63,403 nt of DNA, filler included, from Octopus bimaculoides (GCF_001194135.2; 5 parts of 5 records of this genome joined end to end with filler, not necessarily neighbours in it); one strand, 5' to 3'. Counted from the whole stretch's first letter, positions 39,139 to 51,857 are shown. Numbers and translations are program-made. Notes: generated by a model from the sequence alone, not told the origin.

Positions 39139-39330
39139 TACTCTGAGTTTCACGTTCCCGTTCATCGTTTTTTTTTTCTAACAAAACTGTCCGATGAACA
39201 GGAACGTGAAACTCAGAGTAACAGTCTTTTGTTATATTTCTGCTGCTTTTAAATAAAGCATATTACTCTACCTCTGGTATTTGAGTACTCTTTTTCCCAC
39301 CTTGCTGCACATTTCATGTGCTTACTCCGG

Positions 39331-39332
<2 letters not shown>
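39139..39332 (+). mobile_element. Short PLE-terminal-repeat-like element (family F) with inverted partial copy
   Basis: 39139-39167 is the reverse complement of 39192-39220. The motif is followed by an AATAAA-containing 3' region and (TA)n. A homologous copy lies at 27130-27290 on the minus strand. Confidence 0.65.
39186..39225 (+). ncRNA. Minimal type I hammerhead-like motif (family F)
   Basis: ACUGU-CCGAUGA-ACA-GGAA-CGU-GAA-ACUC-A-GAGU-A-ACAGU: 5-bp stem I, core with U4>C, GGAA-capped stem II (perfect ACG/CGU in the inverted copy), near-palindromic stem III, GUA triplet. Confidence 0.7.
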
Positions 39333-39360
<28 letters not shown>

Positions 39361-39365
<5 letters not shown>

Positions 39366-39570
39366 ATGTTTGTGTGTCTGTGTTTGTCCCCCCAGCATCG
39401 CTTGATAATCGATGATGGTCTGTTTACGTCCCCGTAACTTAGCGGTTCTGCAAAAGAGAGCGATAGAATAAGTACTAGGCATCCAAAGAATAAGTCCTGG
39501 GGTCGATTAGCTCGACTAAAAGGTGGTGCTCCAGCATGGCCGCAGTCAAATGACTGAAACAAGTAAAAGA

Positions 39571-39573
<3 letters not shown>
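39361..39573 (+). mobile_element. Family A SINE 3' half
   Basis: Tail homology, joined to family F through (TA)n. Confidence 0.85.
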
Positions 39574-39622
<49 letters not shown>

Positions 39623-40671
39623 ACCTTTTAAGCCAAGCTTAAAACTCCGATAGGCATTAAAGCTTTGTTTTCGCGAAACATTGAAGCCTAAACGACCGCA
39701 TTGTTCTCAGAAAAAAATAAAATATTACGAAGATTAGTGTCGTACTTGCAGATGGCGACGAAAATAATAAAATCAACTAATTTTAATACAAAATTTCTGA
39801 TAAGCTGCTTTTTTTCTATTTTTCTCTTTTGTCCCCCCCCTCACACACACTCTTTGCTCCCTTTTCCTTTAACCCTATCTATTATCACTTTATATCTTCA
39901 TAACTCTTTCTCTCCCCCTCCCTCAATCTTTGTTATTGCTTTCATTGTTTCTCATCCCTATTGCATACTTCCCTATTCCTCTAGCTTCCTCTTCCTCTTC
40001 ATATATCTTTTATCTTCGTCCCAGTTCTTTCTTTCATTTATTTTTTTTTTTTTTNNNNNNNNNNTTTTTTTTTTTTGTTATTTTTCTCCTTTGTTAGATA
40101 TCTAGCATCAGCCTTGCAGCCCACCTCCATCGCCACCGCTGCACGCATTATACTCTGCCTTTCTTCCGTACGATGTTCTCTGTTTAATATTTTTAATTAC
40201 GCTTTTTTTTTCATGTTTCTCTCTTTCTTTTCCCCCCTAAACCCCCAACAACCTACATTGTTTTATCTGTTCTATTAACTCTAAATTAGTATAATTTTTT
40301 ATTATATTTTGCTCATTTCTTTGTCTCATGCATATATATAGACATCCACATATTCAGGCATGCGCACGCACAAACAAAGCGTAGCATTTCTCATGCACAA
40401 ACACTCACTCATGCATATTCAAACTCTCTCTCTCTCTAGCCCCTCTGTCTCTCCCTCTCTCACTTGCATAAGTACTGCATAAATGGACGCATGAACACGC
40501 ACAAGTACCCATAGACGTGCGCACATGCATAAAGATGCATGGACGCACTAGACATAAGCGTATTATTAATAAGAATAGACACACAAATTTAGGAATATAC
40601 CTATCGACATATTAGAATATTTTCTAAAAATCTAAGTAGTCAGAAAAGACATAACAATTACACATTAAAAT

Positions 40672-40741
<70 letters not shown>

Positions 40742-40850
40742 ATATAAATGTATATGTATATATAGGGAGAGAGACGTATACATACAATACATGCATATAT
40801 ATACATACACATATGTGTGTGTGTATGTATATATATATATATATATATAT

Positions 40851-41006
40851 ATACGACGGGCTTCTTTCAGTTTGCGTCTACCAAATCCACTTTAGTCGGC
40901 CCGAGGCTATAGCAGATGACACTTGCCCAGGGTGCCACGCAGTGCGATTGAACCCGGAACCATGTAGTTGGGGAGCAAGCTACTTACCACACAGCCACTC
41001 CTGTGT
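40851..41006 (-). mobile_element. Family A SINE head
   Basis: Reverse complement of GGAGTGGCTGTGTGGTAAG...GAAAGAAGCCCGTCGTAT. Confidence 0.85.
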
Positions 41007-41584
41007 CTATAAAAAACGACCCTAGTGCTTACTTTTAAGCGTCGAACTTATTCTATCGTGTCACGCAGTGCAACTGAACCCGAAACCATGTAGTTGGGAA
41101 GAAAGAGTAGTGTTTTCTTGATATACATTCATCCATCTTCTTGTCCAGAATTCCTAAGAGAGTTGTGGAGGTAGAGTCCTTAGACAACCATTTCTACAGG
41201 ATCCTATCATAAGCAACCGCCTTTACACTTTCCAGACGGATTCCCAAGTGTGACTAGCTAAGGTTATGTATATTATCTAATCATCTCGTTCATCTCTATC
41301 CCTTAGACTTTTGCCGTTTGGTTCAACCTGAAGAATTTGTCTTACAGTTATTTCCTAAGACATTCTAATCGCATCTCCGTAGTGCCGGATCTGTAACCTT
41401 TCAATGCGGCGAAGTAGGAACTCGACCTGGAAAGACTCTCTGATTTCCAAGCTATACACCCTGTCGAGTAACGTTACTCCAGAGACTTCATCGTACTCTT
41501 TCAGTCACCACAAATGAAATTTGAGCATTCTTCATACTGGATTGTTTCCTTTTCAGTTATTTTGTATTATGAGCTTCCTAGCTC

Positions 41585-41895
41585 TCCTGTGTGACCCCTC
41601 TGTCCGGCATTCGCCATGATAGATCGCTAGCCACTACACATTCTTTATTTTCTCTCCTTGTTTCTTTCTGTGTTTCTTTCTGTGGAAGAGCGTAGGATCT
41701 TATGTATTATATATATACATTCGCCATGTTGGACCACTGAAATCTACAACTTTCTTCCATTCTTTCTCTGTTTAAGAGCGTAGGCTCGAAACTTAAAAGA
41801 CTTTTTCATTTTCCCGTACGTCAAACTAATACAGTTGCTTGTTGTTCATACACCTGTCTTCTTTATTTGTCTTTCTATAAATTTCAACTATATAT
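41585..41895 (+). mobile_element. Family G element with two tandem hammerhead remnants
   Basis: TCTTT-CTGTGGA-A-GAGCGTAGG at 41675-41696 and CTGTTTA-A-GAGCGTAGGCTC-GAAACTTAAAAGA at 41768-41800. Confidence 0.55.
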
Positions 41896-42384
41896 ANNNN
41901 NNNNNNNNNNNNNNNNNNNNNNNNNNNNNNNNNNNNNNNNNNNNNNNNNNNNNNNNNNNNNNNNNNNNNNNNNNNNNNNNNNNNNNNNNNNNNNNNNNNN
42001 NNNNNNNNNNNNNNNNNNNNNNNNNNNNNNNNNNNNNNNNNNNNNNNNNNNNNNNNNNNNNNNNNNNNNNNNNNNNNNNNNNNNNNNNNNNNNNNNNNNN
42101 NNNNNNNNNNNNNNNNNNNNNNNNNNNNNNNNTATATATATATATATGTCTGTCTATGTATGTATTTCTCCCTTTCTCTCACTTACTATCTATTCATCTA
42201 CCTCTATTTCTACTGGAGAGGACAGAAAGTGCCACGATGCAGCTAGACGTAGGTTAATAACCTTTCATTTTTGTACCTTCAGAAATGGATTACCAGATAT
42301 CATGCACGTTCAGTATATGTCAGGAGACGGATTATCTTTGACACATACACATATGATGTTGTTAGTCTCTTGTAGTTCGAGAAA

Positions 42385-42646
42385 GGCGGTTCCGGAATTT
42401 GTAACTAAGCAACCTGTACAAATGGTTTGCTTATAGTAATCAAATGTGTGTGCTGTACATTAGCGCACTCCCACCTCAACAAATCGACGTTGCCTGAACA
42501 GGTGCATGGCGTACCATACGGCACGTGTCGAAGTGGTCGTAGAGCGACGTGAGATGAAGTGCTTTGCTTAAGAACACAGCGCACCACCCGATTCAAGAAT
42601 TAAAACCACGATCTCATCATAGCCACTAGGCTTTACACCCTCACAT
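42385..42646 (-). mobile_element. Family D SINE
   Basis: Reverse complement aligns with 8917-9160. Confidence 0.75.
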
Positions 42647-44306
42647 GTACACATATACATACATAATACACACACACTCACACACACACTTACATACTTA
42701 GTGCCCTCTACCGTATATTTAATAAAAGGGAGATGATAATTGGCTTGGCGGTATTAAAAGTTGAAAATTGAAGTTAACGAATATGGAAAAGGTAGATAGT
42801 ATAAGCAATATATATATATATATATATTTATTTATTTATTATTTAAAAGAGTTCCAACTCTGTCTGTCTTTTGTTTTATTTATATTCTTATAAAATGAAT
42901 GTGGGATATAGAATATGGAATATATAATATAATATAAATAGTAAAATGAAATGAAGTATTGAATGTCTTATTGAATATATGAAATACTGAGTATTAAATA
43001 TAGAGTATAAAATATATAAGGACTAGTATACTTTCCTGCCTCATGGCAGTCATCAAGGTCCCGTCTGGCAGATGTACTGTAGTCGACACCCACATTAATT
43101 TTATAAGAATATAAATAGAACATAAAAAACAGACACAGTTGGAACTCTTTTAAATAATATATTCCTCTATACACGATCATACAAAACCCTCTTTTATATT
43201 TTTTATCTTTTCATTTTTTAATTTTTTTTCATATATATATATATATATANNNNNNNNNNNNNNNNNNNNNNNNNNNNNNNNNNNNNNNNNNNNNNNNNNN
43301 NNNNNNNNNNNNNNNNNNNNNNNNNNNNNNNNNNNNNNNNNNNNNNNNNNNNNNNNNNNNNNNNNNNNNNNNNNNNNNNNNNNNNNNNNNNNNNNNNNNN
43401 NNNNNNNNNNNNNNNNNNNNNNNNNNNNNNNNNNNNNNNNNNNNNNNNNNNNNNNNNNNNNNNNNNNNNNNNNNNNNNNNNNNNNNNNNNNNNNNNNNNN
43501 NNNNNNNNNNNNNNNNNNNNNNNNNNNNNNNNNNNNNNNNNNNNNNNNNNNNNNNNNNNNNNNNNNNNNNNNNNNNNNNNNNNNNNNNNNNNNNNNNNNN
43601 NNNNNNNNNNNNNNNNNNNNNNNNNNNNNNNNNNNNNNNNNNNNNNNNNNNNTATATACTGAATGCTTTTCTTGTTTTATTCGATCAAGGAAAATAAACA
43701 ACGAATCAGTGTGCAAGAGCTTCTATGGTTGTTTGGAACTGCAAGAAATACCATATCACACCTTACTATATTAATAAAACAAAAACAAAAAAAAACGAGA
43801 ACGTAACAACACATAACAGTGTGTTTCTTAATACACCCAAATTGTTTTTTTTTTTTTTTTTAAACAGAAGGCGCACAACTGAAATCCCTTTGATCATAAG
43901 GCCGTTAGATAAGAGTTGAAATATAGGTTAAAAGGCTGCAATATTCTCTAACAAGGAACAGGATATTAATTACACGCATGTATGAACTGGCCTATAGTCT
44001 AGATATCGTAATGCAGCCAGGTGATGCCAGGAAATATCTGCCAACACTTTTCAACAGATTACACACGCCCACAAAATCGTACAATCAACAGCTGTGACAT
44101 AAAATTGTATTGTGCTTATGTTTAGATAAATCGATATCAATGCATTCACTACGTTCATTAAATCCACGCATACATACATACATACGCAAATATATATGTA
44201 TGTGTGTGTGTGTTTGCGCGCGCGCGCGTCGTGAGTGTGTGCGGTTTTAAGTTTGCATACATACGAACACACTATGCACATATATGCATACACACATATT
44301 CATCTT

Positions 44307-44344
<38 letters not shown>

Positions 44345-44358
44345 ACACACATACATAC

Positions 44359-44455
<97 letters not shown>

Positions 44456-44474
44456 CAGATAGATAGATAGATAG

Positions 44475-44755
44475 ATTATTAAAATTATAAATAAGGGTAT
44501 CTAAGAAGATACCACCATGCTTGAAATAGCAGTCAAAGCCTGACTCTAAAACCACATCACGTATTCAATACAGCACAAGGTGAAAAGACAATTAGACAAA
44601 TAAACTAGTGAATCCAATTTTCACTGGTTTATTTATCTATTAGTCTTTTCACCTTGTGCTGTATTGAATACGTGATGTGGTCTTAGTCAGGTTTTGACTG
44701 CTATTTCAAGCATGGTGGTATCTTCTTAGATACCCTTATTTATAATTTCAATAAT
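44475..44755. repeat. 281-bp near-perfect palindrome (foldback/MITE-like)
   Basis: Arms of ~137 bp around a 7-nt loop (44613-44619), with few mismatches. Confidence 0.9.
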
Positions 44756-44830
44756 AATTATAACCTATAAGTTTTTTTTCTTCCCATGCTGCCACTTGAT
44801 TTGATCGTTATTGGAATAACGATCTTATAC

Positions 44831-44881
<51 letters not shown>

Positions 44882-45592
44882 CACACACACACACANNNNN
44901 NNNNNNNNNNNNNNNNNNNNNNNNNNNNNNNNNNNNNNNNNNNNNNNNNNNNNNNNNNNNNNNNNNNNNNNNNNNNNNNNNNNNNNNNNNNNNNNNNNNN
45001 NNNNNNNNNNNNNNNNNNNNNNNNNNNNNNNNNNNNNNNNNNNNNNNNNNNNNNNNNNNNNNNNNNNNNNNNNNNNNNNNNNNNNNNNNNNNNNNNNNNN
45101 NNNNNNNNNNNNNNNNNNNNNNNNNNNNNNNNNNNNNNNNNNNNNNNNNNNNNNNNNNNNNNNNNNNNNNNNNNNNNNNNNNNNNNNNNNNNNNNNNNNN
45201 NNNNNNNNNNNNNNNNNNNNNNNNNNNNNNNNNNNNNNNNNNNNNNNNNNNNNNNNNNNNNNNNNNNNNNNNNNNNNNNNNNNNNNNNNNNNNNNNNNNN
45301 NNNNNNNNNNNNNNNNNNNNNNNNNNNNNNNNNNNNNNNNNNNNNNNNNNNNNNNNNNNNNNNNNNNNNNNNNNNNNNNNNNNNNNNNNNNNNNNNNNNN
45401 NNNNNNNNNNNNNNNNNNNNNNNNNNNNNNNNNNNNNNNNNNNNNNNNNNNNNNNNNNNNNNNNNNNNNNNNNNNNNNNNNNNNNNNNNNNNNNNNNNNN
45501 NNNNNNNNNNNNNNNNNNNNNNNNNNNNNNNNNNNNNNNNNNNNNNNNNNNNNNNNNNNNNNNNNNNNNNNNNNNNNNNNNNNNNNNNNNNN

Positions 45593-45636
<44 letters not shown>

Positions 45637-45838
45637 GAAAATGGAGGGGAATATGAGGTACTCATCAACTTGCAGACACTGTATTTCGCTGATTAATCTG
45701 TTTATTTTATAACTAAATTGACAAAAAATACAATATACAGACACTTATGACATACCATGTCATATCAACAATTAAGATTTCAAATTTAAAGGACATTTAG
45801 CAATTGGAGAAGGGACAAAATCTTACAGCTGTTTCGGC

Positions 45839-45935
45839 CTAGCGTTGGCATGCCCCATTCAATCTCTATAGCTCTCGTACGCTGGAGTAATTAGTAGGAG
45901 AGCTATAGAGATAGAATGGGGCATGTCAACGCTAG
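45839..45935. repeat. 97-bp hairpin (38-bp arms, 21-nt loop)
   Basis: 45839-45876 pairs with 45898-45935 with only 2 non-Watson-Crick positions. Confidence 0.9.
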
Positions 45936-45949
45936 TTATTATTATTATT

Positions 45950-46147
45950 ATTGAGTGAGAGAGCAGTGCATGCTATCAATGTGATACTGGGGTAAAATAT
46001 ACAAAGCCCATTATACCCATCATGACTACCCGTCTGATAAGGGTACACCAGGCACATGCATCACAACCATATGTGCGTGACATGGTAATCTCATATCAAG
46101 ATAAACAGTGCATGACCTCGCAGGTGGGGCCCAGTTAGAATTTTCTT
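45950..46147 (-). mobile_element. Family E, short 3' piece
   Basis: Colinear with 60985-61180. Confidence 0.85.
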
Positions 46148-46192
46148 CCCTCGAAATTGCTGGCCTTGTGCCAAAATTTGAAACCATTGCTT

Positions 46193-46230
<38 letters not shown>

Positions 46231-46232
<2 letters not shown>

Positions 46233-46450
46233 GGCGGCGAGCTTGCAGTGTCATTAGCACGCCGGGCAAAATGCTTAGCAACATTTTGTCCGTCTTTACA
46301 TTCTAGGCTGCAATTCTGCCGAGGTTAACTTCGCCTTTTAGCCTTTCGGGGTCGATAAGATAATTACCAGATGAGCACTAGGGTCAATGCCATCGACTTA
46401 CCCTCTTCTCCGTGACCTTGTGTCAAAAATTTGAAATCCTTATAATTATT
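46231..46450 (+). mobile_element. Family B SINE
   Basis: Head directly after (ATT)n. Confidence 0.85.
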
Positions 46451-47341
46451 GTTGTTGTTGCTGTTTTGTTTTTGCTGCTATTTGTAGCAGGAAAACAAGC
46501 CTGTTATGTCGATTTCCGCAACACTAGACTAACATAAAGGAAATATTATCAAGTTTTCCATCTATATTTCCTTTTGTATTTCACTTGAGCTCTGAGAGTT
46601 TTTAGAAAAACTGGATCTTTTTTAAAACGGGGGCCACATTTTTCATTAACGAAACACTTTGAAACTTGGAACACTGGTAGAATGTGTCATATAAAACATC
46701 TTTTTCTCTTAGTCTTCTTTAAAAAAAAGAAATCCCTAAGTTATTCCATGTTAAAGTTGTCGTATTTCTGTAATTTCAACCAATCACTGACGTCCATTCA
46801 GCCGATATACATTAAGTGCCGACTACATAAACAAACGATTCTGAAACAATTCTATCGGTGATAGGGTTAGGGTAAAACAGCAAATTTAAAAAGAAAAAAG
46901 CAAAACGAAGCTATGGAAATTAAATACGCTTTACACCGCTTAATCAGCCAAAGGAGTAAATGTAAACAACTGAATANNNNNNNNNNNNNNNNNNNNNNNN
47001 NNNNNNNNNNNNNNNNNNNNNNNNNNNNNNNNNNNNNNNNNNNNNNNNNNNNNNNNNNNNNNNNNNNNNNNNNNNNNNNNNNNNNNNNNNNNNNNNNNNN
47101 NNNNNNNNNNNNNNNNNNNNNNNNNNNNNNNNNNNNNNNNNNNNNNNNNNNNNNNNNNNNNNNNNNNNNNNNNNNNNNNNNNNNNNNNNNNNNNNNNNNN
47201 NNNNNNNNNNNNNNNNNNNNNNNNNNNNNNNNNNNNNNNNNNNNNNNNNNNNNNNNNNNNNNNNNNNNNNNNNNNNNNNNNNNNNNNNNNNNNNNNNNNN
47301 NNNNNNNNNNNNNNNNNNNNNNNNNNNNNNNNNNNNNNNNN

Positions 47342-47400
<59 letters not shown>

Positions 47401-47470
47401 TAATGTCGATATTCTAAAAGAAAGCCAAGATTCTGCGATATTTGTCTTGAAACGCCTTCTCGTATAGAAG

Positions 47471-47768
47471 TGGTTTCCAGTTGATCCGATCAACGGAACA
47501 GCCTGCTCGTGAAATTAACGTGCAAGTGACTGAGCACTTCACAGACACGTGTACCCTTAACGTAGTTTTCGTGGAAATTCAGCGTGACACAGAATGTCAC
47601 AATGCCGGTCCTTTGAAATACAGGTACTACAAATTTTTTGACACCTGAGTGGACTGGAGCAACGGGATAAAGTGTCTTGCTCAAAGACACAACGCGCCGC
47701 CGGGAATTGAACTCACGACCTTACGATCATGAACCGAATACCCTAACCTCTAAGCTGCACGCCTTCAC
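47471..47768 (-). mobile_element. Hybrid SINE: D-type head + C-type tail
   Basis: Head as 8917; 3' part CTACGTTAAGGGTACACGTGTCTGTG...GATCGGATCAACTGG as family C. Confidence 0.85.
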
Positions 47769-48738
47769 TGTATAGACGTATACTGTACTGCTAAAAAGCA
47801 CAAGAATGGAGGGAAAATTTGTCTAAGCATACGGTGATACACTTGTGTAAATGCACATCTAATTTTAGGGTATGAGTGACGTCACTGGACACTAGGACGC
47901 ATGCGTGTCTACTTCGTTGTGCTTCGTCATTAAGAAAACCAACTCAGTCGCTCAAATCCCTATAAGAATAGAATCATCCTTATAAAATTTGCATACGGGA
48001 TTTTTGTTAGTGCACCTAATGCATGGTCAAGCTAGAATTAAATAAATAATAATGCACGAAGCAGCGTTTGATAAACAAATATTCATGTAAAGTCATATTT
48101 AATACATTCGAATACATTCGGGCGTGATAAGATCTATCACTGCAAGAATAGACCCAGAGAGAAAATTCTCTACCTACACTTGAGTAAAAACACATTTTAG
48201 CCGCAGTCATTGGAATATGTAAAAGAATTACAAGAAAAGATTATGATATCATAATTGTTCAATATAAAAACACAAAACCTGATATTTTAGAGTTGTAGAT
48301 TAATCGATCATATCGACTCAAATACTTGACAGATATCGATTTTGGGGCGACGAAAAGTGAACATGAAATTCACGGCATTTGAATCTAATGAGAATATTCG
48401 GGTGATTCTGCCAATCCTAATGCTGAGGGTAGGAACTGGGTCATTGTTACGAGCATGGCAACCAGTCGCACTCAGAAATGCGCAGAGATGAAGCTATCAC
48501 TGACATGGCTAGCAGAGATGGAGAATACCAAACTCTTCTCTGTCATAACTTACAGCCTGACCGTTGTGTGTAACCCCACTCCTCGTTTGACTTGTTTAGA
48601 GCATCTGCTCTTCCAATTCTTGTAGAAGGGATGTACTCTACTGATCAAGCGGTCCGTCTCTTGCAAGTACCCTCTGTAAAGCGGGTTCGGTATACCGTGA
48701 CTGTTGACGCGTAGTCACGTGCTCTCTCTCTCTCTCTC

Positions 48739-48797
<59 letters not shown>

Positions 48798-49134
48798 ACG
48801 TGTATATATATATGTGTGTGCGTTAATGTGTGTGTGAGTGTGTGTGTGCATACATACATATATATATAAATAGGGTGGACCAAAAGTCACACACATAAGT
48901 TCATTATATTCTGGGATTATCAATGACATGCTTGAATTTTTCTAAAATTGAGTATAATAAATAAAATAAAAAATAATGAATACACATGTACATGTACATG
49001 ATGAACAAAAATGAATAATAATAATAATGATGATGATGATGATATTAATAATGATAATAATAATAATAATAATGTAATATAAATCAAATATGAAATTTTG
49101 AGGTGTGACTTTTGGCCCATTCTTTCTCACTCTC

Positions 49135-49187
<53 letters not shown>

Positions 49188-49657
49188 GTACGTGTGTGTG
49201 TGTATGTGTGTGTATACAGATAGAGAGAGAAAGAGATACAAAGAAAGAAACATGCAAATGGTTTTAAAGCAATTTTATTTAACCTTAATTCTGTTATATG
49301 AAGAGAAAATTAATACAATGAATAATGTCAGTTGAATTTTTCTTCTGTGAAGCAAAATTTTACTAATCTGTGGGTCAACACTGAGTATAACACTGGGAAA
49401 GACTTGAGCCTTTAACTCAGAAAACAAAAACAATAAATGAATACAAAAATGAATTGATTCTTAGTTTTATTTTATAATTGGATATTTTGCCAAGTTAAAT
49501 TTATCTATATTAAACTTACTAAGTTTTAGCATCTTATCTGAATCTTCAATACTGTTATATTTGTATATTTGTTTTCCAACATATATTTGGCATTCTTTTT
49601 TATACAGATCACCTTACTGACAGGTATACATTCTGCCAGTGTCATATACCTAAAACA

Positions 49658-49702
<45 letters not shown>

Positions 49703-50262
49703 GCAATTTCTGCATTCATTATGCCATATTAAGTTCAGCATGTAGATCTCTATATTAAGAAATACACACATACACACACACACACACACACAGGTGGATC
49801 TCTTTCAGTTTCTTCTCACTTTCAAATTCACTCCAAATACTTTGGTCTGCTCGGGCCTCAGAAATTATCTGTCCAAGATTCCATGCAGTGGGACTGAACC
49901 TGAAGTAATAACACCAAACCATATAGAAAAACAATAAACCCGATATCAGGAATATCAAAATGAAAACTCCCTGCAATTTTTAAGAAATATTACACACAAT
50001 TTGTCTTAAGAAATTTTTTAAAAATAAATTAAACTTTTTTATCCTAACTCTGTTTCACAATGTACTTGCTGTCATTTTTTATTCTATTGTTATAATAAAA
50101 TGTGTGCTAAAATTTAATCTTTTCTTTCTTTATCCCAAATTATATTATTTTTGAAATTTTGTGATGAGTCTTTTTCATAGATTCTTGCTCGATGGTAGTA
50201 CATTAAAGTAATCCCATCTCATTTCAAGTAGATTATAAAGATTATTTTCTATCTCACCTTCA

Positions 50263-50305
<43 letters not shown>

Positions 50306-50421
50306 ACTCTCTTCTTAAGACTTGAGAGACAGACAAATTAAATAACATTGGTATTGACCCACAGTCTGGAGAAACTGACCACAGTGATTATTAGGAGGAG
50401 CAGCTTATATTGGAAGTCTGT

Positions 50422-50531
50422 CTATGGGTGAAATTTACCATGGTGGAATATACCATGGTGGAATTTATCTATGGTGAAATTTACCAGGTGAAATTTTTCC
50501 ATGGTGGAATTTATTGCGGTGGAATTTACCT
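50422..50531. repeat. ~15-bp minisatellite (CCATGGTGGAATTTA) x7
   Basis: Seven imperfect units read directly. Confidence 0.85.
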
Positions 50532-51275
50532 AGAACCAAAATCAAAGTAAGCAACAGGATATCAAATAGTGATGAAGTACGACCATTTCAAGCAGCATCA
50601 TTTAATTGAACAATGCAATGATTACATTATTTACATTATTTATATTATTTACACTTGATGGATATTTGTCCTCATCTTGTTTGTTGTTAACACAGCGTTT
50701 CAGGTGGAATTTGAACTCAGAGACTCAAGAACCAAAAGAAATGGCACTTAGCATTTTATCCAATGTGCTAACGACTTTGCCAGCTCAATGCCTTTGCACT
50801 AAATAATAACAGTAATTTTTTTTAATTAAGTTGGAAGCCCAAAGGTTATAAGCAGTGGGGGACAATATATTTCCCAGGTAGCCTAACATGAGAAGCTGTT
50901 TTACAGATGAAGTGTATCCAGAGCAAGACTGGTTTTGCAGCACCAAAAATCTAGGCTTGTATTCTTAACTAGAGACCAAATGATTAGGTGTAATTAATAT
51001 AATTAACATTGCAGAGACAAGAATGCATTCCAAAATTGTGTGCAGATTTGTTTTTGTGCATGAGATTGTGTGTGTATGGATGTATGCATGTATGTATGTA
51101 TGTATGTATGCATGCATGCATGTATGTAGGTATGTATGCATGTATGTTAATGTATGTTTGCATTTAAATGAAAACAAAAAAAAATAAAAAGTAATTTCTA
51201 AAATTGATGAAGGCATAATGTATTATATATAATATATAATATATATAATATATATATATATAATATGTAATATAT

Positions 51276-51318
<43 letters not shown>

Positions 51319-51516
51319 NNNNNNNNNNNNNNNNNNNNNNNNNNNNNNNNNNNNNNNNNNNNNNNNNNNNNNNNNNNNNNNNNNNNNNNNNNNNNNNNNN
51401 NNNNNNNNNNNNNNNNNNNNNNNNNNNNNNNNNNNNNNNNNNNNNNNNNNNNNNNNNNNNNNNNNNNNNNNNNNNNNNNNNNNNNNNNNNNNNNNNNNNN
51501 NNNNNNNNNNNNNNNN

Positions 51517-51857
51517 GTAGGATCGTGGTTTCGATTCCCAGACCGGGCGTTGTGGGTGTTTATTGAGCGAAAACACCTAAAGCTCCACGAGGCTCCAGCA
51601 GGGGGAGGGTGGCGAACCCTGCTGTACTCTTTCACCACAACTTTCTCTCACTCTTACTTCCTGTTTCTGTTGTGCCTGTAATTCAAAGGGTCAGCCTTGA
51701 CTCACTGTGTCATGCTGAATCTCCCCGAGAACTACATTAAGGGTACACGTGTCTGTGGAGTGCTCAGCCACTTGCACGTTAATTTCACGAGCAGGCTGTT
51801 CCATTGATCGGATCAACTGAAACCTTCGACGTCGTAAGCGACGGAGTGCCAACAACA
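51517..51857 (+). mobile_element. Family C SINE (5' end in gap)
   Basis: Colinear with 18180-18515. Confidence 0.9.

Noticed and set aside
46860-46875. TAGGGTTAGGGT telomere-like motif (similar at ~33686)
   Set aside because: Under two units; not an array.
48594-48638. Minus-strand EYIPSTRIGRADALNK resembling a Gypsy RNase H end motif
   Set aside because: Fifteen residues only; flanking frames give no further LTR-retrotransposon motifs.
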